Below, piece by piece: positions 1 through 12,100 of a stretch of 64,000 nt of DNA (the stretch's first letter is position 1; each line of letters begins with the position of its first letter). The translations under genes were made by a program, and so were the position numbers. The stretch lies in the NCBI RefSeq assembly GCF_009914755.1, contig NC_060928.1; one strand, 5' to 3'. This stretch comes from the human T2T-CHM13v2.0 reference genome, Homo sapiens. Below the pieces are notes generated by a model. It did not search any database and was not told the DNA's origin. It saw only the letters and a program-made list of their open reading frames with translations.

Positions 1-280
1 ATACAGCATTTTGGAGACATTCCTTTAGTAGAATCTGCAAGTTGATATTTAGATAGCTTTGAAGATTTCGTTGGAAACGGGAATATCTTCATAGAAAATC
101 TAGACGGAAGCATTCTCAGAAACTGCTTTGTGATGTTTGCATTCAAGTCACAGAGTTGAATATTCCCTTTTATAGAGTAGGTTTGAAACACTCTTTCGGC
201 ACTACCTGGAAGTGGATATTTCGAGCTCTTTGAGGCCTATGGTTAAAAGGAAATATCTTCCCATAAAAACTAGACAGAAG
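1..280 (+). repeat. Partial HOR: 3' part of M18 plus M19
   Basis: Matches the end of the unit (CENP-B box followed by ATATCTTCATAGAAAATCTAGACGGAAG; GAGCTC at 223-228) directly before the M1 start at 281. Confidence 0.9.
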
Positions 281-2662
281 CCGTCTCAGAAACTTGTTTG
301 TGATGTGTGTATTCAACTAACAGAGTTGAACATTTCTGTTACAGAGCAATTTTAAAACACTCTTTTTGTGGAATCTGAAAGTGGATAATTGGATAGCTTT
401 GTGGATTTCGTTGGAAACGGGATGACGTATAAAATCTAGAGAGAAGCATTCTCAGGAACTTCTTTCTGATGTTTGCATTCAAGTCACAGAATTGAACATT
501 CCTTTTCATAGTGCAGGTTTGAAACACTCTTTCTGTAGTATCTGGAAGTGGACATTTCAAGCGCTTTCAGGCCTACGGGGAGAAAGGAAATATCTTCAAA
601 TAAAAACTAGACAGAAGGATTCTCAGAAACTTATTTGTGATGTGTGTCCTAAACGAACACAGTTGAACCTTTGTTTTGATACAGCATTTTGGAAACACTC
701 CTTTTGTAGGATCTGCAGGTGGATATTTGGATAGATTTTAAGATTTCGTTGGAAACGGGAGTTTCTTCATAGAAACTCAAGACAGATGCATTCTCAGAAA
801 CATCTCTGTGATGTTTGCATTCCACTCATAGAGTTGAAAACTTCCTTTCATAGAGCAGGTTTGAAACACTCTTTTTGTAATATTTGGAAGTGGACATTTG
901 CAGCGCTTTGAGGCCTATGGTGAAAAAGGAAATATCTTCTCATAAAAACCAGAAACAAGCATTCTCAGAAACTTCTTTTTGATGTGTGTACTCAAGTAAC
1001 AGAGTTGAACCTTCCTTTTGACACAGCAGTTTTGAAACAATCTTTTTGTAGAATCTGCAAGTGGATATTTGGATAGCTTTGAGTATTTCGTTGCAAACGG
1101 GATATCTTCATATAAAATCTAGACAGAAGCATTCTCAGAAACTTCTTTGTGCTGTATGTCCTCAATTAACAGAGTTGAACCATTGCTTGGATACAGCATT
1201 TTGGAAACATTCCTTTAGTAGAATCTGCAAGTTGATATTTAGATAGATTTGAAGATTTCGTTGGAAACGGGAATATCTTCATATAAAATCTAGACGGAAG
1301 CATTCTCAGAAACTGCTCTGTGATGTTTCCATTCAAGTCACAGAGTTGAATATTCTCTTTTATAGAGCACGTTTGAAACACTCTTTCTGCACTATCTGGA
1401 AGTGGACATTTCGAGCGCTTTGAGGCCTATGGTGAAAAAGGAAATATCTTCCCGTAAAAACTAGACAGAAGCATTCTCAGAAACTTGTTTTTGATGTGTG
1501 TATTCAACTAACAGAGTTGAACTTTTGCTTTACAGAGCAGTTTTAAAACACTCTTTTTGTGGAATCAGAAAGTGGATATTCGGATGGCTCTGAGGATTTC
1601 GTTGGAAGCGGGATTACATATAAAATCTAGAGAGAAGCATTCTCAGGAACTTCTTTGTGATGTTTGCATTGAAGTCACAGAATTGAACATTCACTTTGAT
1701 AGAGCAGGTTTGAAACACTCATTCTGTAGTATCTGGAAGTGGACATTTCAAGCGCTTTCAGGCCTATGGTGAGAAAGGAAATACCTTCAAATAAAAACTA
1801 GACAGAAGCATCCTCAGAAACTTATTTGTGATGTGTGTCCTCAACTAACAGAGTTGAACCTTTGTTTTGATACAGCATTTTGGAAACACTCCTTTTGTAG
1901 AATCTGCAGGTGGATATTTGGATAGCTTTGAAGATTTCGTTGGAAACCGGAATATCTTCATATACAATCAAGACAGAAGCATTCTCGGAAACATCTCTGT
2001 GATGTTTGCATTCATCCCAGTAGAGTTGAACACTTCCTTTCATAGAGCAGGTTTGAAACACTCTTTCTGCACTACCTGGAAGCGGACATTTCGGGCGCTT
2101 TGAGGCCTATGGTGAAAAAGGAAATATCTTCTCATAAAAACCAGAAAGAAGCATTCTCAGAAACTTCTTTGTGTTGTGTGTACTCAAGTAACAGTGTTGA
2201 ACCTTCCTTTTGACAGAGCAGTTTTGAAACACTCTTTTGGTAGAATCTGCAAGTGGATATTTGGATAGCTTTGAGGATTTCGTTGGAAACGGGTTATCTT
2301 CATATAAAATCCAGACAGGAGCATTCTCAGAAACTTCTTTGTGCTGTATGTCCTCAATTCACAGAGCTGAACCTTTGTTTGGATACAGCGTTTTGGAGAC
2401 ATTCCTTTAGTAGAATCTGCAAGTTGATATTTAGATAGCTTTGAAGATTTCGTTGGAAACGGGAATGTCTTCATAGAAAATCTAGACGGAAGCATTCTCA
2501 GAAACTGCTTTGTGATGTTTGCATTCAAGTCACAGAGTTGAATATTCCCTTTTATAGAGTAGGTTTGAAACACTCTTTCGGCACTACCTGGAAGTGGATA
2601 TTTCGAGCTCTTTGAGGCCTATGGTTAAAAGGAAATATCTTCCCATAAAAACTAGACAGAAG
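281..2662 (+). repeat. Variant 14-mer HOR, 2382 bp (M1-M9, M10/M15-like monomer, M16-M19), sequence-divergent
   Basis: M1 starts at 281 and 2663. Monomer starts at 281, 447, 618, 789, 960, 1130, 1301, 1472, 1638, 1809, 1980, 2152, 2322, 2493. Length equals 3232 minus 849 (five monomers) minus 1 bp in M8. Confidence 0.92.
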
Positions 2663-2787
2663 CCGTCTCAGAAACTTGTTTGTGATGTGTGTATTCAACT
2701 AACAGAGTTGAACATTTCTGTTACAGAGCAATTTTAAAACACTCTTTTTGTGGAATCTGAAAGTGGATAATTGGATAGCTTTGTGGA

Positions 2788-2804
2788 TTTCGTTGGAAAC
2801 GGGA
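2788..2804 (+). other. CENP-B box, intact (M1); representative of all units
   Basis: TTTCGTTGGAAACGGGA matches YTTCGTTGGAARCGGGA. Confidence 0.95.
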
Positions 2805-3125
2805 TGACGTATAAAATCTAGAGAGAAGCATTCTCAGGAACTTCTTTCTGATGTTTGCATTCAAGTCACAGAATTGAACATTCCTTTTCATAGTGCAGGT
2901 TTGAAACACTCTTTCTGTAGTATCTGGAAGTGGACATTTCAAGCGCTTTCAGGCCTACGGGGAGAAAGGAAATATCTTCAAATAAAAACTAGACAGAAGG
3001 ATTCTCAGAAACTTATTTGTGATGTGTGTCCTAAACGAACACAGTTGAACCTTTGTTTTGATACAGCATTTTGGAAACACTCCTTTTGTAGGATCTGCAG
3101 GTGGATATTTGGATAGATTTTAAGA

Positions 3126-3142
3126 TTTCGTTGGAAACGGGA
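3126..3142 (+). other. CENP-B box, intact (M3)
   Basis: TTTCGTTGGAAACGGGA. Confidence 0.95.
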
Positions 3143-3296
3143 GTTTCTTCATAGAAACTCAAGACAGATGCATTCTCAGAAACATCTCTGTGATGTTTGC
3201 ATTCCACTCATAGAGTTGAAAACTTCCTTTCATAGAGCAGGTTTGAAACACTCTTTTTGTAATATTTGGAAGTGGACATTTGCAGCGCTTTGAGGC

Positions 3297-3313
3297 CTAT
3301 GGTGAAAAAGGAA
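3297..3313 (+). other. pJalpha-type (A-box) motif in A monomer M4; related motifs in the other A monomers
   Basis: CTATGGTGAAAAAGGAA at the position occupied by the CENP-B box in B monomers. Confidence 0.8.
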
Positions 3314-3467
3314 ATATCTTCTCATAAAAACCAGAAACAAGCATTCTCAGAAACTTCTTTTTGATGTGTGTACTCAAGTAACAGAGTTGAACCTTCCTTT
3401 TGACACAGCAGTTTTGAAACAATCTTTTTGTAGAATCTGCAAGTGGATATTTGGATAGCTTTGAGGA

Positions 3468-3484
3468 TTTCGTTGGAAACGGGA
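3468..3484 (+). other. CENP-B box, intact (M5)
   Basis: TTTCGTTGGAAACGGGA; a TTGCAAA variant with intact core occurs in five units. Confidence 0.95.
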
Positions 3485-3637
3485 TATCTTCATATAAAAT
3501 CTAGACAGAAGCATTCTCAGAAACTTCTTTGTGCTGTATGTCCTCAATTAACAGAGTTGAACCATTGCTTGGATACAGCATTTTGGAAACATTCCTTGAG
3601 TAGAATCTGCAAGTTGATATTTAGATAGATTTGAAGA

Positions 3638-3654
3638 TTTCGTTGGAAAAGGGA
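3638..3654 (+). other. Degenerate CENP-B box (M6)
   Basis: TTTCGTTGGAAAAGGGA; core C13 of nTTCGnnnnAnnCGGGn is changed to A. Confidence 0.85.
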
Positions 3655-3979
3655 ATATCTCCATATAAAATCTAGAGGGAAGCATTCTCAGAAACTGCTT
3701 TGTGATGTTTCCATTCAAGTCACAGAGTTTAATATTCCCTTTTATAGAGCACGTTTGAAACACTCTTTCTGCACTATCTGGAAGTGGACATTTCGAGCGC
3801 TTTGAGGCCTATGGTGAAAAAGGAAATATCTTCCCATAAAAACTAGACAGAAGCATTCTCAGAAACTTGTTTGTGATGTGTGTATTCAACTAACAGAGTT
3901 GAACTTTTGTTTTTACAGAGCCGTTTTAAAACACTCTTTTTGTGGAATCAGAAAGTGGATATTCGGATGGCTCTGAGGA

Positions 3980-3996
3980 TTTCGTTGGAAGCGGGA
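3980..3996 (+). other. CENP-B box, intact (M8)
   Basis: TTTCGTTGGAAGCGGGA. Confidence 0.95.
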
Positions 3997-4317
3997 TTAC
4001 ATATAAAATCTAGAGAGAAGCATTCTCAGGAACTTCTTTGTGATGTTTGCATTGAAGTCACAGAATTGAACATTCACTTTGATAGAGCAGGTTTGAAACA
4101 CTCATTCTGTAGTATCTGGAAGTGGACATTTCAAGCGCTTTCAGGCCTATGGTGAGAAAGGAAATATCTTCGAATAAAAACTAGACAGAAGCATCCTCAG
4201 AAACTTATTTGTGATGTGTGTCCTCAACTAACAGAGTTGAAACTTTGTTTTGATACAGCATTTTGGAAACACTCTTTTTGTAGAATCTGCAGGTGGATAT
4301 TTGGATAGCTTAGAGGG

Positions 4318-4334
4318 ATTCGTTGGAAAGGGGA
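4318..4334 (+). other. Degenerate CENP-B box (M10)
   Basis: ATTCGTTGGAAAGGGGA; core C13 is changed to G. Confidence 0.85.
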
Positions 4335-4487
4335 TATCTTCATATAAAATCTAGACAGAAGCATTCTCAGAAACTTATTTGTGATGTGTGTCCTCAACTA
4401 ACAGAGTTGAACCTTGGTTTTGATACAGCATTTTGGAAACACTCCTTTTGTAGAATCTGCAGGTGGATATGTGGATAGCTCTGAAGA

Positions 4488-4504
4488 TTTCGTTGGAAAC
4501 GGGA
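4488..4504 (+). other. CENP-B box, intact (M11)
   Basis: TTTCGTTGGAAACGGGA. Confidence 0.95.
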
Positions 4505-4828
4505 ATTTCTTCATATAAAATCAAACAGAAGCATTCTCAGAAACTTCTCAGTGATGTTTGCATTCAGCTCATGGAGTTGAACACTTCCTTTCATAGAGCC
4601 GGTTTGAAACACTCTTTCTGCACTACCTGGAAGAGGACATTTCGAGCGCTTTGAGTCCTATGGTGAAAAAGGAAATATCTTCTCATAAAAACCAGAAAGA
4701 AGCATTCTCAGAAACTTCTTTGTGTTGTGTGTACTCATGTAACAGTGTTGAACCATCCTTTTGACAGAGCAGTTTTGAAACACTCTTTTTGTAGAATCTG
4801 CAAGTGGATATTTGGATAGCTTTGAGGA

Positions 4829-4845
4829 TTTCGTTGGAAACGGGA
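4829..4845 (+). other. CENP-B box, intact (M13)
   Basis: TTTCGTTGGAAACGGGA. Confidence 0.95.
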
Positions 4846-5166
4846 TGACATATAATCTCTAGAGAGAAGCATACTCAGGAACTTCTTTGTGATGTTTGCA
4901 TTCAAGTCACAGAATTGAACATTCCCTTTCATAGAGCAGGTTTGAAACACTCTTTCTCTAGTATCTGGAAGTGGGCATTTCAAGCGCTTTCAGGCCTATG
5001 GAGAGAAAGGAAATACCTTCAAATAAAAACTAGACAGAAGCATTCTCAGAAACTTATTTGTGATGTGTGTCCTCAACTAACAGAGTTGAACCTTTGTTTT
5101 GATACAGCATTTTGGAAACACTCCTTTTGTAGAATCTGCAGGTGGATATTTGGATAGCTTTGAAGA

Positions 5167-5183
5167 TTTCGTTGGAAACCGGA
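5167..5183 (+). other. Degenerate CENP-B box (M15)
   Basis: TTTCGTTGGAAACCGGA; core G14 is changed to C. Confidence 0.85.
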
Positions 5184-5509
5184 ATATCTTCATATAAAAT
5201 CAAGACAGAAGCATTCTCGGAAACATCTCTGTGATGTTTGCATTCAACTCAGTAGAGTTGAACACTTCCTTTCATAGAGCAGGTTTGAAACACTCTTTCT
5301 GCACTACCTGGAAGCGGACATTTCGAGCGCTTTGAGGCCTATGGTGAAAAAGGAAATAGCTTCTCATAAAAACCAGAAAGAAGCATTCTCAGAAACTTCT
5401 TTGTGTTGTGTGTACTCAAGTAACAGTGTTGAACCTTCCTTTTGACACAGCAGTTTTGAAACACTCTTTTGGTAGAATCTGCAAGTGGATATTTGGATAG
5501 CTTTGAGGA

Positions 5510-5526
5510 TTTCGTTGGAAACGGGT
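5510..5526 (+). other. CENP-B box, core intact (M17)
   Basis: TTTCGTTGGAAACGGGT; only the non-core last base differs. Confidence 0.88.
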
Positions 5527-5679
5527 TATCTTCATATAAAATCCAGACAGGAGCATTCTCAGAAACTTCTTTGTGCTGCATGTCCTCAATTCACAGAGCT
5601 GAACCTTTGTTTGGATACAGCATTTTGGAAACATTCCTTTAGTAGAATCTGCAAGTTGATATTTAGATAGCTTTGAAGA

Positions 5680-5696
5680 TTTCGTTGGAAACGGGA
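5680..5696 (+). other. CENP-B box, intact (M18)
   Basis: TTTCGTTGGAAACGGGA. Confidence 0.95.
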
Positions 5697-5894
5697 ATAT
5701 CTTCATAGAAAATCTAGACGGAAGCATTCTCAGAAACTGCTTTGTGATGTTTGCATTCAAGTCACAGAGTTGAATATTCCCTTTTATAGAGTAGGTTTGA
5801 AACACTCTTTTGGCACTTCCTGGAAGTGGATATTTCGAGCTCTTTGAGGCCTATGGTTAAAAGGAAATATCTTCCCATAAAAACTAGACAGAAG

Positions 5895-8800
5895 CCGTCT
5901 CAGAAACTTGTTTGTGATGTGTGTATTCAACTAACAGAGTTGAACATTTCTGTTACAGAGCAATTTTAAAACACTCTTTTTGTGGAATCTGAAAGTGGAT
6001 AATTGGATAGCTTTGTGGATTTCGTTGGAAACGGGATGACGTATAAAATCTAGAGAGAAGCATTCTCAGGAACTTCTTTCTGATGTTTGCATTCAAGTCA
6101 CAGAATTGAACATTCCTTTTCATAGTGCAGGTTTGAAACACTCTTTCTGTAGTATCTGGAAGTGGACATTTCAAGCGCTTTCAGGCCTACGGGGAGAAAG
6201 GAAATATCTTCAAATAAAAACTAGACAGAAGGATTCTCAGAAACTTATTTGTGATGTGTGTCCTAAACGAACACAGTTGAACCTTTGTTTTGATACAGCA
6301 TTTTGGAAACACTCCTTTTGTAGGATCTGCAGGTGGATATTTGGATAGATTTTAAGATTTCGTTGGAAACGGGAGTTTCTTCATAGAAACTCAAGACAGA
6401 TGCATTCTCAGAAACATCTCTGTGATGTTTGCATTCCACTCATAGAGTTGAAAACTTCCTTTCATAGAGCAGGTTTGAAACACTCTTTTTGTAATATTTG
6501 GAAGTGGACATTTGCAGCGCTTTGAGGCCTATGGTGAAAAAGGAAATATCTTCTCATAAAAACCAGAAACAAGCATTCTCAGAAACTTCTTTTTGATGTG
6601 TGTACTCAAGTAACAGAGTTGAACCTTCCTTTTGACACAGCAGTTTTGAAACAATCTTTTTGTAGAATCTGCAAGTGGATATTTGGATAGCTTTGAGGAT
6701 TTCGTTGCAAACGGGATATCTTCATATAAAATCTAGACAGAAGCATTCTCAGAAACTTCTTTGTGCTGTATGTCCTCAATTAACAGAGTTGAACCATTGC
6801 TTGGATACAGCATTTTGGAAACATTCCTTGAGTAGAATCTGCAAGTTGATATTTAGATAGATTTGAAGATTTCGTTGGAAAAGGGAATATCTCCATATAA
6901 AATCTAGAGGGAAGCATTCTCAGAAACTGCTTTGTGATGTTTCCATTCAAGTCACAGAGTTGAATATTCCCTTTTATAGAGCACGTTTGAAACACTCTTT
7001 CTGCACTATCTGGAAGTGGACATTTCGAGCGCTTTGAGGCCTATGGTGAAAAAGGAAATATCTTCCCATAAAAACTAGACAGAAGCATTCTCAGAAACTT
7101 GTTTGTGATGTGTGTATTCAACTAACAGAGTTGAACTTTTGTTTTTACAGAGCCGTTTTAAAACACTCTTTTTGTGGAATCAGAAAGTGGATATTCGGAT
7201 GGCTCTGAGGATTTCGTTGGAAGCGGGATTACATATAAAATCTAGAGAGAAGCATTCTCAGGAACTTCTTTGTGATGTTTGCATTGAAGTCACAGAATTG
7301 AACATTCACTTTGATAGAGCAGGTTTGAAACACTCATTCTGTAGTATCTGGAAGTGGACATTTCAAGCGCTTTCAGGCCTATGGTGAGAAAGGAAATATC
7401 TTCGAATAAAAACTAGACAGAAGCATCCTCAGAAACTTATTTGTGATGTGTGTCCTCAACTAACAGAGTTGAAACTTTGTTTTGATACAGCATTTTGGAA
7501 ACACTCTTTTTGTAGAATCTGCAGGTGGATATTTGGATAGCTTAGAGGGATTCGTTGGAAAGGGGATATCTTCATATAAAATCTAGACAGAAGCATTCTC
7601 AGAAACTTATTTGTGATGTGTGTCCTCAACTAACAGAGTTGAACCTTGGTTTTGATACAGCATTTTGGAAACACTCCTTTTGTAGAATCTGCAGGTGGAT
7701 ATGTGGATAGCTCTGAAGATTTCGTTGGAAACGGGAATTTCTTCATATAAAATCAAACAGAAGCATTCTCAGAAACTTCTCAGTGATGTTTGCATTCAGC
7801 TCATGGAGTTGAACACTTCCTTTCATAGAGCCGGTTTGAAACACTCTTTCTGCACTACCTGGAAGAGGACATTTCGAGCGCTTTGAGTCCTATGGTGAAA
7901 AAGGAAATATCTTCTCATAAAAACCAGAAAGAAGCATTCTCAGAAACTTCTTTGTGTTGTGTGTACTCATGTAACAGTGTTGAACCATCCTTTTGACAGA
8001 GCAGTTTTGAAACACTCTTTTTGTAGAATCTGCAAGTGGATATTTGGATAGCTTTGAGGATTTCGTTGGAAACGGGATGACATATAATCTCTAGAGAGAA
8101 GCATACTCAGGAACTTCTTTGTGATGTTTGCATTCAAGTCACAGAATTGAACATTCCCTTTCATAGAGCAGGTTTGAAACACTCTTTCTCTAGTATCTGG
8201 AAGTGGGCATTTCAAGCGCTTTCAGGCCTATGGAGAGAAAGGAAATACCTTCAAATAAAAACTAGACAGAAGCATTCTCAGAAACTTATTTGTGATGTGT
8301 GTCCTCAACTAACAGAGTTGAACCTTTGTTTTGATACAGCATTTTGGAAACACTCCTTTTGTAGAATCTGCAGGTGGATATTTGGATAGCTTTGAAGATT
8401 TCGTTGGAAACCGGAATATCTTCATATAAAATCAAGACAGAAGCATTCTCGGAAACATCTCTGTGATGTTTGCATTCAACTCAGTAGAGTTGAACACTTC
8501 CTTTCATAGAGCAGGTTTGAAACACTCTTTCTGCACTACCTGGAAGCGGACATTTCGAGCGCTTTGAGGCCTATGGTGAAAAAGGAAATAGCTTCTCATA
8601 AAAACCAGAAAGAAGCATTCTCAGAAACTTCTTTGTGTTGTGTGTACTCAAGTAACAGTGTTGAACCTTCCTTTTGACACAGCAGTTTTGAAACACTCTT
8701 TTGGTAGAATCTGCAAGTGGATATTTGGATAGCTTTGAGGATTTCGTTGGAAACGGGTTATCTTCATATAAAATCCAGACAGGAGCATTCTCAGAAACTT

Positions 8801-9126
8801 CTTTGTGCTGCATGTCCTCAATTCACAGAGCTGAACCTTTGTTTGGATACAGCATTTTGGAAACATTCCTTTAGTAGAATCTGCAAGTTGATATTTAGAT
8901 AGCTTTGAAGATTTCGTTGGAAACGGGAATATCTTCATAGAAAATCTAGACGGAAGCATTCTCAGAAACTGCTTTGTGATGTTTGCATTCAAGTCACAGA
9001 GTTGAATATTCCCTTTTATAGAGTAGGTTTGAAACACTCTTTTGGCACTTCCTGGAAGTGGATATTTCGAGCTCTTTGAGGCCTATGGTTAAAAGGAAAT
9101 ATCTTCCCATAAAAACTAGACAGAAG
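5895..9126 (+). repeat. Canonical 19-mer HOR
   Basis: 3232 bp between M1 starts, same monomer order as the reference unit. Confidence 0.95.
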
Positions 9127-12100
9127 CCGTCTCAGAAACTTGTTTGTGATGTGTGTATTCAACTAACAGAGTTGAACATTTCTGTTACAGAGCAATTTTA
9201 AAACACTCTTTTTGTGGAATCTGAAAGTGGATAATTGGATAGCTTTGTGGATTTCGTTGGAAACGGGATGACGTATAAAATCTAGAGAGAAGCATTCTCA
9301 GGAACTTCTTTCTGATGTTTGCATTCAAGTCACAGAATTGAACATTCCTTTTCATAGTGCAGGTTTGAAACACTCTTTCTGTAGTATCTGGAAGTGGGCA
9401 TTTCAAGCGCTTTCAGGCCTACGGGGAGAAAGGAAATATCTTCAAATAAAAACTAGACAGAAGGATTCTCAGAAACTTATTTGTGATGTGTGTCCTAAAC
9501 GAACACAGTTGAACCTTTGTTTTGATACAGCATTTTGGAAACACTCCTTTTGTAGGATCTGCAGGTGGATATTTGGATAGATTTTAAGATTTCGTTGGAA
9601 ACGGGAGTTTCTTCATAGAAACTCAAGACAGATGCATTCTCAGAAACATCTCTGTGATGTTTGCATTCCACTCATAGAGTTGAAAACTTCCTTTCATAGA
9701 GCAGGTTTGAAACACTCTTTTTGTAATATTTGGAAGTGGACATTTGCAGCGCTTTGAGGCCTATGGTGAAAAAGGAAATATCTTCTCATAAAAACCAGAA
9801 ACAAGCATTCTCAGAAACTTCTTTTTGATGTGTGTACTCAAGTAACAGAGTTGAACCTTCCTTTTGACACAGCAGTTTTGAAACAATCTTTTTGTAGAAT
9901 CTGCAAGTGGATATTTGGATAGCTTTGAGGATTTCGTTGGAAACGGGATATCTTCATATAAAATCTAGACAGAAGCATTCTCAGAAACTTCTTTGTGCTG
10001 TATGTCCTCAATTAACAGAGTTGAACCATTGCTTGGATACAGCATTTTGGAAACATTCCTTGAGTAGAATCTGCAAGTTGATATTTAGATAGATTTGAAG
10101 ATTTCGTTGGAAAAGGGAATATCTCCATAGAAAATCTAGAGGGAAGCATTCTCAGAAACTGCTTTGTGATGTTTCCATTCAAGTCACAGAGTTGAATATT
10201 CCCTTTTATAGAGCACGTTTGAAACACTCTTTCTGCACTATCTGGAAGTGGACATTTCGAGCGCTTTGAGGCCTATGGTGAAAAAGGAAATATCTTCCCA
10301 TAAAAACTAGACAGAAGCATTCTCAGAAACTTGTTTGTGATGTGTGTATTCAACTAACAGAGTTGAACTTTTGTTTTTACAGAGCCGTTTTAAAACACTC
10401 TTTTTGTGGAATCAGAAAGTGGATATTCGGATGGCTCTGAGGATTTCGTTGGAAGCGGGATTACATATAAAATCTAGAGAGAAGCATTCTCAGGAACTTC
10501 TTTGTGATGTTTGCATTGAAGTCACAGAATTGAACATTCACTTTGATAGAGCAGGTTTGAAACACTCATTCTGTAGTATCTGGAAGTGGACATTTCAAGC
10601 GCTTTCAGGCCTATGGTGAGAAAGGAAATATCTTCGAATAAAAACTAGACAGAAGCATCCTCAGAAACTTATTTGTGATGTGTGTCCTCAACTAACAGAG
10701 TTGAAACTTTGTTTTGATACAGCATTTTGGAAACACTCTTTTTGTAGAATCTGCAGGTGGATATTTGGATAGCTTAGAGGGATTCGTTGGAAAGGGGATA
10801 TCTTCATATAAAATCTAGACAGAAGCATTCTCAGAAACTTATTTGTGATGTGTGTCCTCAACTAACAGAGTTGAACCTTGGTTTTGATACAGCATTTTGG
10901 AAACACTCCTTTTGTAGAATCTGCAGGTGGATATGTGGATAGCTCTGAAGATTTCGTTGGAAACGGGAATTTCTTCATATAAAATCAAACAGAAGCATTC
11001 TCAGAAACTTCTCAGTGATGTTTGCATTCAGCTCATGGAGTTGAACACTTCCTTTCATAGAGCCGGTTTGAAACACTCTTTCTGCACTACCTGGAAGAGG
11101 ACATTTCGAGCGCTTTGAGTCCTATGGTGAAAAAGGAAATATCTTCTCATAAAAACCAGAAAGAAGCATTCTCAGAAACTTCTTTGTGTTGTGTGTACTC
11201 ATGTAACAGTGTTGAACCATCCTTTTGACAGAGCAGTTTTGAAACACTCTTTTTGTAGAATCTGCAAGTGGATATTTGGATAGCTTTGAGGATTTCGTTG
11301 GAAACGGGATGACATATAATCTCTAGACAGAAGCATACTCAGGAACTTCTTTGTGATGTTTGCATTCAAGTCACAGAATTGAACATTCCCTTTCATAGAG
11401 CAGGTTTGAAACACTCTTTCTCTAGTATCTGGAAGTGGGCATTTCAAGCGCTTTCAGGCCTATGGAGAGAAAGGAAATACCTTCAAATAAAAACTAGACA
11501 GAAGCATTCTCAGAAACTTATTTGTGATGTGTGTCCTCAACTAACAGAGTTGAACCTTTGTTTTGATACAGCATTTTGGAAACACTCCTTTTGTAGGATC
11601 TGCAGGTGGATATTTGGATAGATTTTAAGATTTCGTTGGAAACGGGAGTTTCTTCATAGAAACTCAAGACAGATGCATTCTCAGAAACATCTCTGTGATG
11701 TTTGCATTCCACTCATAGAGTTGAAAACTTCCTTTCATAGAGCAGGTTTGAAACACTCTTTTTGTAATATTTGGAAGTGGACATTTGCAGCGCTTTGAGG
11801 CCTATGGTGAAAAAGGAAATATCTTCTCATAAAAACCAGAAACAAGCATTCTCAGAAACTTCTTTTTGATGTGTGTACTCAAGTAACAGAGTTGAACCTT
11901 CCTTTTGACACAGCAGTTTTGAAACAATCTTTTTGTAGAATCTGCAAGTGGATATTTGGATAGCTTTGAGGATTTCGTTGGAAACGGGATATCTTCATAT
12001 AAAATCTAGACAGAAGCATTCTCAGAAACTTCTTTGTGCTGTATGTCCTCAATTAACAGAGTTGAACCATTGCTTGGATACAGCATTTTGGAAACATTCC

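Larger units (their letters stand above)
2663..5894 (+). repeat. Canonical 19-mer HOR (reference unit used here), type order BABABBABABBABABABBA
   Basis: Monomer starts 2663, 2829, 3000, 3171, 3342, 3512, 3683, 3854, 4021, 4192, 4362, 4532, 4703, 4870, 5041, 5212, 5384, 5554, 5725; lengths 166-172 bp; 11 B-type and 8 A-type monomers. Confidence 0.95.

Noticed and set aside
428-436. TATAAAA motifs as promoters
   Set aside because: They are a standard part of the B-monomer tail, repeated throughout the array; sequence alone gives no evidence for transcription initiation.
11518-11712. 64-aa ORF present in only six places
   Set aside because: It merely marks the M15/M3 hybrid monomer; useful as a marker but not a gene.
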